Below are positions 20,342 through 29,117 of a DNA stretch of 64,000 bases, in pieces (position 1 is the first letter of the stretch; every line of letters starts with the position of its first letter). A model generated the notes under the pieces. It did no database searches. It was not told the DNA's origin and saw only the letters and a program-made list of their open reading frames with translations. A program made the translations under genes and the position numbers. Source of the stretch: Desulfomicrobium sp. (lineage in GTDB: Bacteria > Desulfobacterota > Desulfovibrionia > Desulfovibrionales > Desulfomicrobiaceae); assembly GCA_040768745.1 (NCBI GenBank), contig JAXGMI010000001.1:160001-224000 (forward strand). Direction: 5' to 3'.

Positions 20342-21526
20342 ATGAAACCGCTGCAGCCCTTTCCCATGGCGCCTTCCGGATCCTGCGAGGCTCCTTGCTC
20401 AGGGACCGAAATCTCCAAGCCGACCCCCTCGGCTCCGGGAGCGTGCTGAGGACCTCCGCCGGCCCCTGGTGCAGGGGTGGACGACCTTCCTGGCTATCGC
20501 ATCGAACCTTATGTGGATACGTTCATGCCCACCGCCGCAGGGCGCATTCCTCGCGTCCGGACCAGTCCCACGGCCTGGGACCGGCTCGGGACCTGCCGGG
20601 CCCGGCTGGGCCTGGACCGCAATCAATATATCGTCAACCCTGGCCTTTTTGCCGTAGGCCTGCCCGACGCCGGTTCGCCCGTGGTCGTCACCGCCAACTA
20701 CAAGCTGACCTTCGACACGGTCCGCTTCGCCCTGGCCGGGCGGGACGTCTGGCTGCTGGTGGTGGACACGCGCGGCATCAACGTCTGGTGCGCGGGCGGC
20801 AAGGGCACCTTCAACGCAGCCGGCGTCAGCGAGCAGGTCAGAAAGACCGGGCTCGAGCGCGTCGTGTCCCACCGTCAGCTGATCCTGCCCCAGCTCGGGG
20901 CCAACGGAGTGCGGGCCCTCGACCTGCGCAGGACCTGCGGGTTCGAGGCCGTGTTCGGACCCGTCCGGGCCGAGGACCTGCCCCGCTACCTGGACCAAGG
21001 CATCGACGAGGCCATGCGCGAGGTGACCTTCACCCTGCGGGAGCGGGCCACCGTCATCCCCGTGGAGCTGGTCCTGGGCTGGAAGCCCATCCTGGGCGCC
21101 TTGGCCGTGGCGGCGGTCCTGAGCCTTTTCGGGTACGGATTCTCCCTCGGGGCCGTCTGGAGCCGCTGGCTGGTGGCGGCAGGAGGCACCATCATGGGCC
21201 TCTTCTGCGGCGCGGTCCTCTTCCCTCTGCTCCTGCCGTGGCTGCCGCGCGCCTTTTCCCTGGGGGGGGCCGGACTCGGGCTGGCCGGCGCCCAGGTGCT
21301 GCCCCTTTTCTTCCCGCACGCCCCCTGGCCGGCACTGGCCGGGGCGGGGATGTGGACCGCCGTCCTCTCGTCCTGGCTGGGCCTCAATTTCACGGGTTCC
21401 ACGCCCTACACCTCGCCGTCGGGCGTGGAGAGGGAGATGCGCCGGGCCATCCCGGTTCTGGCGGCCTGCACCCTGCTGGCGTTGGTCCTGTTCGTGGCCG
21501 GAGGCTTCGCCGGTGGATCGGCATGA
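20342..21526 (+). CDS. hgcA: Mercury methylation corrinoid protein HgcA with probable selenocysteine-containing N-terminal extension (TGA 20447-20449)
   Basis: TANYKLTFD and cap-helix NVWCAGGKGTF, C-terminal TM helices, FTGSTPYTSPSGV; followed by hgcB. ATG 20342 is in frame through TGC-TGA. If the TGA is a real stop, the start is 20477. Confidence 0.95.
20450..20481 (+). promoter_or_regulatory. Candidate bacterial SECIS hairpin
   Basis: GCCCCTG-GTG-CAGGGGT stem-loop with a G-containing loop about 20 nt after the in-frame TGA. Confidence 0.6.
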
Positions 21527-21798
21527 AACGCTACCGCCACCTCGAAAACGTGACCACCTTGACCTATGACAAAGCCAAGTGCGTGGGCTGCGGCCTGTGC
21601 GCCACGGTCTGCCCGCACCGCATCTTCGCCCTGCAAGGCGGCAAGGCCGAAGTCCTGGACCGCGAGGCTTGCATGGAGTGCGGGGCCTGCGCCCTGAACT
21701 GCCCCACCGCGGCCATCACGGTCACACCCGGTGTGGGCTGCGCCCAGTACATCATCCAGACCTGGTTGCCGGGCAAGCGCAGGACGTCCTGCTGCTGA
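21523..21798 (+). CDS. hgcB: Mercury methylation ferredoxin HgcB
   Basis: CVGCGLCATVCP, CMECGACALNCP, GVGCA and C-terminal CC; ATGA overlap with the hgcA stop. Confidence 0.95.
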   Translation: MKRYRHLENVTTLTYDKAKCVGCGLCATVCPHRIFALQGGKAEVLDREACMECGACALNCPTAAITVTPGVGCAQYIIQTWLPGKRRTSCC

Positions 21799-21857
21799 AT
21801 CCTTGACCACGGCCCCGAAATGGCTGATCTTTTCGCTTCCAAATCACGGAGGACACC

Positions 21858-22412
21858 ATGCTCGACCGCGCTGAAGCGCTGGCCTTGCTCAAGGCCAGCG
21901 CCCCCGACCAACTCTATGTCCACGCCCTGGAAACCGAAGCCGTCATGCGCGCCCTGGCCGAACGCCTCGGCCACAATCAGGAGGTCTGGGGCCTGGCCGG
22001 TCTGCTGCACGACCTCGACTACCCGGAAACCAAGGACACGCCCGGAAAGCACGGCCTGCTGACCGCGGAAACCCTGACCGGCAAGCTGCCGGACGACGCC
22101 GTGCAGGCCATCGCCCGCCACAACGAGATGAACGGCAACCTGCCCCAGACCCCCTTCGACTTCGCCCTGCGCTGCGGCGAGACCGTCACCGGGCTGATCC
22201 ACACCGCCGCCCTGGTCCGCCCCACCCGCATGCAGGGCATGGAGGCCAAGAGCCTGAAGAAAAAGATGAAGGACAAGGCCTTCGCCGCCTCGGTCTGCCG
22301 CGAAACCATCAAGGAATGCGAGAAGATCGGCCTGGAGCTGGCCGACTTCCTGACCCTGGCCATAGGAGCCATCACGGGCATCGAGGCCGAGGTGGGACTG
22401 GCGGCGTCCTGA
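21858..22412 (+). CDS. HD-domain metal-dependent phosphohydrolase
   Basis: HALETEAVMRALA, GLLHDLD, HG; GGAGG RBS. Confidence 0.85.
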   Translation: MLDRAEALALLKASAPDQLYVHALETEAVMRALAERLGHNQEVWGLAGLLHDLDYPETKDTPGKHGLLTAETLTGKLPDDAVQAIARHNEMNGNLPQTPFDFALRCGETVTGLIHTAALVRPTRMQGMEAKSLKKKMKDKAFAASVCRETIKECEKIGLELADFLTLAIGAITGIEAEVGLAAS

Positions 22413-22416
22413 CTCC

Positions 22417-25400
22417 ATGGAAGGCTTCATCCTCCACGCATCCAACCGTCTGGAAAACCTGGCCGAACTGCTGGCTGAGGTGCTGAAATCACCGCCGGAC
22501 CCCATGCAACAGGAAACCATCCTGGTCCAGTCCGGCGGCATGCAGCGCTGGGTCTCCATGCAGCTGGCCCGCCGACACGGCGTCTGCGCGGGTGCGCGCT
22601 TCCCCTTCCCCGTGGCCTTCGCCTACGAACTCTGCCGGGAGCTGCTGGCCGACCTGCCCCCCGAATACCCCTTGAGCCAGGAGCGCATGCTCTGGCGCAT
22701 CGTGCACCTGCTGCGCGGCCTGCTGCACGAGCCGGAGTTTGCGCCCCTGGCGCGCTACGTGCGCGAGGACTCGGAGCTCAAGTCCGTGCAGCTGGCCGAG
22801 CGCATCGCCTATCATTTCGACCAGTACCTCATCTTCCGACCCCAGTGGGCCGCACGCTGGGAACGCCATGAACCGAGCGGGAACTTCGTCCTGCCCGGCC
22901 ACGTCACCAGCGAAGCCTGGCAGGCCAGGCTGTGGCGGGAACTGGTCAGGGACATGGGCGGGGAACACCGTGCAGCCCTGCTGCAGCGGGCCATCGCCAG
23001 ACTGGAAAAGGGCGTTTCCCTGCCGCGGCTGCCCGCCCGCGTCTGCGTCTTCGGCATCCCGACCCTGCCGCCGGTCTACTTGGACCTGCTGCAAGCACTA
23101 TCCCGGCACAGGCCGGTACATGTCTTTCTACTCAGCCCCTGCCGACAGTACTGGGGCGATCTCCTGACACACAGGGAGCAACGGCGGGCCTACCGGAGCC
23201 AGTTTCTATCCCTGGAAGAGCGTTTTGAGGACGCTACGCCACTAGCCGGACTCGGCGCAGTTGGCCGGGACTTTCTAGAATTGCTACTTGATAGAGACAT
23301 TCAGGAATCGGAGGAGGACCGCTACGAGGAGCCCGACACAACCACCATGCTCGGACAACTCCAGGCCGACCTTCTTGATCTGGACGTTCGCGAGGAAAAG
23401 ACGGACTTCTCCGACACCTCCATCCAGATCCACTGCTGCCACAGCCCCCTGCGCGAAATGGAGGTCCTCAAGGACCTGATCCTCGATCTCCTGTCCAAAG
23501 ACCCGTCCCTCTCCCCCCAGGACATCCTGGTCATGAATCCGGACATCGAGAGCTACGCGCCGGTCATCCAGGCCGTGTTCGGGACCGCCGGGGAGGGCCT
23601 CCCCTTCTCCATTTCCGACCGCAAGCCCACCAGGGCCGCCGAAACCGTCCGCCTCTTTCTCGACCTGCTGGAGTTCGGGCAGCACCGCTTCGAGGCTTCG
23701 CGCGTCTGCGCCCTGCTCGAAGCCCCGCCCGTGCGGCAACGCCTCGGCCTTTCCGCGGCCGAAACGCAGCGGGTTCTGGAATGGGTCCGCGCATCGGGCG
23801 TGCGCTGGGGGCTGGACCTGGATTTCCGCAGGCGGACGGGACTGGGGGATTTCGGACAGAACACATGGCAGAGCGGCCTGGCCCGCCTGTACCTCGGGTA
23901 CATGACCGGCGCGGCAAGCCCGCTCCACGGCATCGCCCCTCTCCCGCTGCGCGGCTCGGCCGAACAGGAGCTGCTGGGCCGCATGACCGACTGGATCGAC
24001 GAACTGGGGACCCTGTGGTCCCGGCTGCGCGACGCGCGCGCACCGGCCGACTGGCGGGACTGCCTGCTGTGGATCCTGGACGCCTTCTTTCCCCAGGACC
24101 GCGCCCAGGCCGAGCACCTGCTGGCCATCCGCAGGACCGTGACTGACCTCATCGACGAAATGGGTGACTTCGAGGCCGACGCCCGGACCATGCTCTACAT
24201 CGTCCGCAAGCGCCTGGACGAAAGCGGCGGCGAGTCGGGCTTCCTGGCCTCGGGCCTGACCTTCTGCGGCCTGCGCCCCATGCGCTCCATCCCTTTCCGG
24301 GTGGTTTGTCTGACGGGCCTGACCAGCACGGCCTTCCCGCGCCAGGACACCCCCCCGGGCTTCGATCTCATGGCCGCACGGCCCCGGCCCGGCGACCGCA
24401 GCCTCCGCGAGGACGACCGCTACCTGTTTCTGGAGAGCATCATCTCGGCCCGGGACAACCTCATCCTGACCTACCCCGGCCTGTCCCAGTCCGACAACGC
24501 CGAGGCCCCGCCCTCGGTCCTGGTCTCGGAACTGCTCGATTTCCTGGACAGGGGCTGCACCGTGGACGGAGGGAAACCATCGGAGACCCTTGTTTTCAGG
24601 CACAGACTGCAGGCCTTCCATCCGGACTATTTCAGCGCGGGGTCGGGCCTCTTCTCCTACTCGGCCCAAAACCGCCACGCGGCGCAGGCGCTGTTCGCCG
24701 AGCACCAGTCCAGGCAATTCTTCCCCGATCCCGCTATTCCCGGAGAGGCGCATGCAGAGCAGGAGATCGAGGTCGACATCGAGGAGCTGACCCGCTTCCT
24801 GACCCACCCCTGCCGCCACCTGCTGCGCGCCCTGCGTATCGACCCGGACTGCGGGGAGGACGAGCTTCTGGACGAGGAACCCCTGGCCGCACCCACGGGC
24901 CTCGACGCCTACGGCCCGCTGCAGGAGCTGCTGCGCACGGCCCTGGACGAGCCTGCCGCCGACCTCGAGGGACTCCTTCTGACCTGGCAGATCCTGCCTC
25001 CCGGACAGGCCGGTACGGACGCCGGACGGGAACTCTGCTCCCAGATCCGCTCCCTGGCCGACCAGGCACGGGCCGTCATCGGCGACGAAAAGGCCGCGCA
25101 CCTCGAACTGAAGCTGCTACTGGGCAGGGTCACGCTCACAGGGCGCCTCGACATCCACGGCGACCGCATCGTGACCTGCCGCCCGGCCAAGACCAAAAGC
25201 TCGGACATGCTCCGCCTGTGGGTCCGCCATCTGGCCGCCTCGGCCTCGGGCCTTGCGCCCCGGTCCACGCACATCGGCACCGATGACTGCTTCCCCGCAC
25301 CCGAAGCCCCGGACGCCCGGAATCTCCTCGAACGGTTGATGCGGCTCTACACGCAGGGCATGCGCGCCCCGCTGCCCTTCTTCCCCCGCACCTCCCTGGC

Positions 25401-25614
25401 CTTCGCCCAGGCCCGCTTCAAAGGCCGCAAGCCCAAGGAGCGACGAGAGGCATTGATGCAGGCCATGCGCCATTGGGTAGGCGGCTACATGGTCAGCCCC
25501 GAACGTGACGACCCGCACCTGGCCTTTCTCTTCCGCGACGTCGAGCCGGACTGGGAGGAATTCGCGGACGTGGCCGAGGAAATCTACGCCCCCCTCCTGG
25601 GAGGTGCCGATTGA
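22417..25614 (+). CDS. recC: Exodeoxyribonuclease V gamma subunit
   Basis: SNRLE, ILVQSGGMQRW, SPCRQYWGD, CHSPLREMEVL, PMRSIPFRVV, DDRYLFLE. Confidence 0.93.
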   Translation: MEGFILHASNRLENLAELLAEVLKSPPDPMQQETILVQSGGMQRWVSMQLARRHGVCAGARFPFPVAFAYELCRELLADLPPEYPLSQERMLWRIVHLLRGLLHEPEFAPLARYVREDSELKSVQLAERIAYHFDQYLIFRPQWAARWERHEPSGNFVLPGHVTSEAWQARLWRELVRDMGGEHRAALLQRAIARLEKGVSLPRLPARVCVFGIPTLPPVYLDLLQALSRHRPVHVFLLSPCRQYWGDLLTHREQRRAYRSQFLSLEERFEDATPLAGLGAVGRDFLELLLDRDIQESEEDRYEEPDTTTMLGQLQADLLDLDVREEKTDFSDTSIQIHCCHSPLREMEVLKDLILDLLSKDPSLSPQDILVMNPDIESYAPVIQAVFGTAGEGLPFSISDRKPTRAAETVRLFLDLLEFGQHRFEASRVCALLEAPPVRQRLGLSAAETQRVLEWVRASGVRWGLDLDFRRRTGLGDFGQNTWQSGLARLYLGYMTGAASPLHGIAPLPLRGSAEQELLGRMTDWIDELGTLWSRLRDARAPADWRDCLLWILDAFFPQDRAQAEHLLAIRRTVTDLIDEMGDFEADARTMLYIVRKRLDESGGESGFLASGLTFCGLRPMRSIPFRVVCLTGLTSTAFPRQDTPPGFDLMAARPRPGDRSLREDDRYLFLESIISARDNLILTYPGLSQSDNAEAPPSVLVSELLDFLDRGCTVDGGKPSETLVFRHRLQAFHPDYFSAGSGLFSYSAQNRHAAQALFAEHQSRQFFPDPAIPGEAHAEQEIEVDIEELTRFLTHPCRHLLRALRIDPDCGEDELLDEEPLAAPTGLDAYGPLQELLRTALDEPAADLEGLLLTWQILPPGQAGTDAGRELCSQIRSLADQARAVIGDEKAAHLELKLLLGRVTLTGRLDIHGDRIVTCRPAKTKSSDMLRLWVRHLAASASGLAPRSTHIGTDDCFPAPEAPDARNLLERLMRLYTQGMRAPLPFFPRTSLAFAQARFKGRKPKERREALMQAMRHWVGGYMVSPERDDPHLAFLFRDVEPDWEEFADVAEEIYAPLLGGAD

Positions 25615-28600
25615 TGGAGCCCATGGACCTCTGCACCGCCCCCCTGGACGGCACCACCCTCATCGAGGCCAGCGCCGGCACCGGCAAGACCTACACCCTG
25701 ACCGGCCTTTTCGTGCGTCTGCTGCTGGAGAAGGGTCTGACCGTGGACCAGATCCTCGTCGTGACCTTCACCGACGCGGCCACCGAGGAGCTGCGCGGGC
25801 GAATTCACGAACGTCTGACGGAAATTCTGCAATTGCTGGAGAGAACGCGCGCACCCAAAAACAAAGACGACCTGGAATCCTTCGTGTCACAGATGAACGA
25901 TCCGGACGCCGTCCGCCGCCTGGAGCTCGCCCTGCGCAACTTCGACCTGGCCCAGATCTTCACCATCCACGGCTTCTGCCAGCGCATGCTCGGGCGCAAC
26001 GGCTTCGAATGCGCAGCCCTGTTCGACACCCAACTCGAACCGGACCTCTCGGACCTGCGCCGGCAGGTCTGCCTGGATTTTTGGCGCAGTCGCATCATGC
26101 CCCTGGACGGCCTGACTGGCACGGAAGTGCGCCAGCACCTGACCCCGGACCATCTCACGGAACTGTCCGGCCTGCCCTTCCTGGCCCAGCGCATCCGCAT
26201 CGTGCCGGACACCACCGCCCCGGACCCCACGCCCCTGGACCGGACAGTGCGGGAGGCATGCGAAAGGCTCAAGGCCTCCTGGTCAGTTACGGAACCTGAA
26301 GTCCGAGCGCTCCTGCTGGCCCGAACAGACAGTTTCAATGCCCGCCAGTTCTCGCCACAGAAGCTGGATCAGCGCTTGAAGGCAACGCGTGATTTCCTGA
26401 ACGACCCGAGGCTAGACGCCAAAGAGCAACTCAAGGCCATGGATGAGCTGGCTCCGGACTATGTACGCGGCATGACCAAAATGGCCTTCGCCGCCCCGGA
26501 GCACCCGCTCTTCAAGGAAATCGGGAGCCTCCTCGAACTGATCGAGGCCTTGCGCCAGGCCGTGGCCCCCTTCGTGGTCCACTTGCGTCATGCCTTCCTG
26601 TCCGGGTTCACGACCCGCCTGGACGAGCTCAAACGGCTCCGCAACGTCATGGGCTTCGACGACCTGCTGCGCGGAATGCACGCCGCCCTGGCCAGCCCCG
26701 AGCTGGTGACCGCGGTGAGAAACCAGTATCGCGCTGCCCTCATCGACGAGTTCCAGGACACCGATGGCCTGCAGTACGACATCTTCCGCACCCTGTTCGC
26801 TGCCGCGGACGCCGAAAACTGCCTGTTCCTCATCGGCGACCCCAAGCAGGCCATCTACTCCTTCCGCGGCGCGGACCTGCACACCTATCTGCAGGCGGCC
26901 GACAGCTGCACACGTAGCCGCACCCTGGTGGTCAACCATCGCTCCACGCCCGAGCTGGTCGAGGCCGTGAACCGCCTGTTTTTCCGGCAATCGAACCCCT
27001 TTCTGCACCGCAAGATCGCCTTCCGGCCGGTCTGTGCGCCGGGTGGGAATCACGAGCGATTCAACGAGGACGGTCGCGCGCCCGCTCCCCTGGTTCTCTG
27101 GCACACCGCGAGTGACGACAAGCCCCTGGCCAAGGGGGCGCTTGCGCCGCGCATCTGCCGGGCCGTGGCCGCCGAGATCAGCCGCCTGCTGCGGGGTGCG
27201 GCCGAAGGGCGCATCCGCATCGGCGACACGCCGCTCCTGCCAGGGAACATCGCCGTCCTGGTCGAAACCCACGCCCAGGGCGAGGCCATCCACCAAGCCC
27301 TTGGCACGCTTCGCATCCCAAGCGTCGTGACCCATACCTCGTCGGTCTTTGCCAGCCCCGAGGCGGCGGAACTCCTGTCCGTGCTGCGCGGCACGGCCGA
27401 ATGCCAGCGACCGGCGGCCCTGCGCACGGCCCTGGCCGCGCCCATGATCGGCCTGACGGCAACGGAACTCGCCGCTCTCGACGAGGACAGCGTAAAACTC
27501 GAGGCATGGTTCGAACGATTCCTCGCCTACCGGGATGTGTGGGAGCGGAGCGGGGCCATGGCCGCGCTGCAGCGTCTCTTCGCCGACCTGGGCGTGCGGG
27601 AGCGCCTCGTGTCCCTGCCGGGCGGCGAGCGGCGCATGACCAACGTCCTGCACTGCATGGAATTGCTCCACAGCCGGGAGCGCGAGACGGGTGTGTCCAT
27701 GCACGCCCTGCTGACTTGGTTCTCACGCAAGCTCGGCGCCGACGCAACCGAGGACACCCAGCTCCGACTGGACACGGACCGCGACGCGGTCCAGATCGTG
27801 ACCATCCACAAGAGCAAGGGCCTGCAGTACCCGGTGGTCTTCTGCCCCTTCATCTACGGCAAGGCCAGATGCCCCGAGGACCGCGCCCTGGTCCACGACG
27901 GGGGGCTGCTCCTGGACCTGGGCTCGCCGGATCTGCCCGCCAGGATGCGCGCGGCCTTGGAGGAGGCCCAGGCCGAGCGCGTGCGTCTGCTCTACGTGGC
28001 CCTGACCCGCGCCAAATGCCGCTGCTACGCGGTCTGGGGGCGCATCAACGAGGCCGAGACCTCGGGTGCGGCCTGGCTCTTCCACGGACACCGCGTCGAG
28101 GCCCCGGGGGCCCTGGGCTGGGAGGCCGTCACCAAGGAGATGGTCCGGGAGGATCTCGAAGCCCTGCGCTGCCAGTGCGTCGATGTCGGGGAGTTGCCTG
28201 ACTCCACGCCGGAACCCGGCCCCCCGCAGTTCACGGATGCCCCGGAACTGAACTGCCGGACCTGGGAGCGCACCCTTGGACCGGGCTATGGCCTGGCCAG
28301 CTTCACGGGCCTGACCCGCGGATCGGAGCACGGCGCCAGGCCCGGCCTGGATGAGGACGACGCGGCAGGGCAGGCAGAAGACGACGAATGGTCCATGGCC
28401 AGATTTCCGCGCGGGGCCGCCGCCGGGTCCTGCCTGCACCGCATCTTCGAGCGCATAGACTTCACTGCCAGCGCCACTGTCCCCGGCGAGGTCGCGGACG
28501 CGCTGGCCGCATACGGATTTGACGAGGCATGGGAAAAGACGGTTCGCGACATGGTCGAACAGACCCTGCGCGCCGACCTGGACGGATTCAGGCTGGAACA

Positions 28601-29117
28601 AATCGGAATGAAGGACCGGCTTGTGGAACTGGAGTTTCTCATCCCGTTGCGCCCCGTGACCCGCGAGAGCCTGGCCGCCGTGTACCGGGAAGCGGCCGGG
28701 CTCCTGCCGCCTGAGCTTCCCGATCGCATGGAGGGTCTGCGCTTCGACCCGCGCCGGGGCTTCATGACCGGGTTCATGGACCTGGTAGTGCGCAGCGGCC
28801 GGAAGTTCTATCTCCTCGACTGGAAATCCAACTGGCTCGGCCCCACGCCCGGCCACTACACCAAGGAGGCCCTGCACGAGGCCATGACCGGCAGCCACTA
28901 CTTCCTGCAGTACCACCTCTACTGTCTGGCCCTGAAGCGCCACCTGGCCCTGCGCATGCCGGGATTCGACTTTGCGGAGCACTTCGGCGGCGTGCGCTAC
29001 GTCTTCCTGCGCGGCGTGGACCCGCAGCGACCGGGCCAGGGCGTGCACGCGGACTGCCCTGACCTGCGCTTCCTCGATGCATTGGACAAGGCCCTCATCG
29101 GCACGGAGAACCGCTGA
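25614..29117 (+). CDS. recB: Exodeoxyribonuclease V beta subunit
   Basis: EASAGTGKT, DEFQDTD, IGDPKQAIYSFRGAD, TIHKSKGL, YVALTRA, nuclease GFMDL...DWKSN. Confidence 0.95.
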   Translation: MEPMDLCTAPLDGTTLIEASAGTGKTYTLTGLFVRLLLEKGLTVDQILVVTFTDAATEELRGRIHERLTEILQLLERTRAPKNKDDLESFVSQMNDPDAVRRLELALRNFDLAQIFTIHGFCQRMLGRNGFECAALFDTQLEPDLSDLRRQVCLDFWRSRIMPLDGLTGTEVRQHLTPDHLTELSGLPFLAQRIRIVPDTTAPDPTPLDRTVREACERLKASWSVTEPEVRALLLARTDSFNARQFSPQKLDQRLKATRDFLNDPRLDAKEQLKAMDELAPDYVRGMTKMAFAAPEHPLFKEIGSLLELIEALRQAVAPFVVHLRHAFLSGFTTRLDELKRLRNVMGFDDLLRGMHAALASPELVTAVRNQYRAALIDEFQDTDGLQYDIFRTLFAAADAENCLFLIGDPKQAIYSFRGADLHTYLQAADSCTRSRTLVVNHRSTPELVEAVNRLFFRQSNPFLHRKIAFRPVCAPGGNHERFNEDGRAPAPLVLWHTASDDKPLAKGALAPRICRAVAAEISRLLRGAAEGRIRIGDTPLLPGNIAVLVETHAQGEAIHQALGTLRIPSVVTHTSSVFASPEAAELLSVLRGTAECQRPAALRTALAAPMIGLTATELAALDEDSVKLEAWFERFLAYRDVWERSGAMAALQRLFADLGVRERLVSLPGGERRMTNVLHCMELLHSRERETGVSMHALLTWFSRKLGADATEDTQLRLDTDRDAVQIVTIHKSKGLQYPVVFCPFIYGKARCPEDRALVHDGGLLLDLGSPDLPARMRAALEEAQAERVRLLYVALTRAKCRCYAVWGRINEAETSGAAWLFHGHRVEAPGALGWEAVTKEMVREDLEALRCQCVDVGELPDSTPEPGPPQFTDAPELNCRTWERTLGPGYGLASFTGLTRGSEHGARPGLDEDDAAGQAEDDEWSMARFPRGAAAGSCLHRIFERIDFTASATVPGEVADALAAYGFDEAWEKTVRDMVEQTLRADLDGFRLEQIGMKDRLVELEFLIPLRPVTRESLAAVYREAAGLLPPELPDRMEGLRFDPRRGFMTGFMDLVVRSGRKFYLLDWKSNWLGPTPGHYTKEALHEAMTGSHYFLQYHLYCLALKRHLALRMPGFDFAEHFGGVRYVFLRGVDPQRPGQGVHADCPDLRFLDALDKALIGTENR

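Noticed and set aside
20269..21798. 509-aa ORF ending in the ferredoxin
   Set aside because: It is an open frame overlapping hgcA. The real hgcB starts at ATG 21523, overlapping the hgcA stop.
21790..21830. hgcB TGC-TGC-TGA as a second Sec site
   Set aside because: Terminal Cys-Cys is typical of HgcB, I saw no convincing SECIS, and readthrough would overlap the HD gene out of frame.
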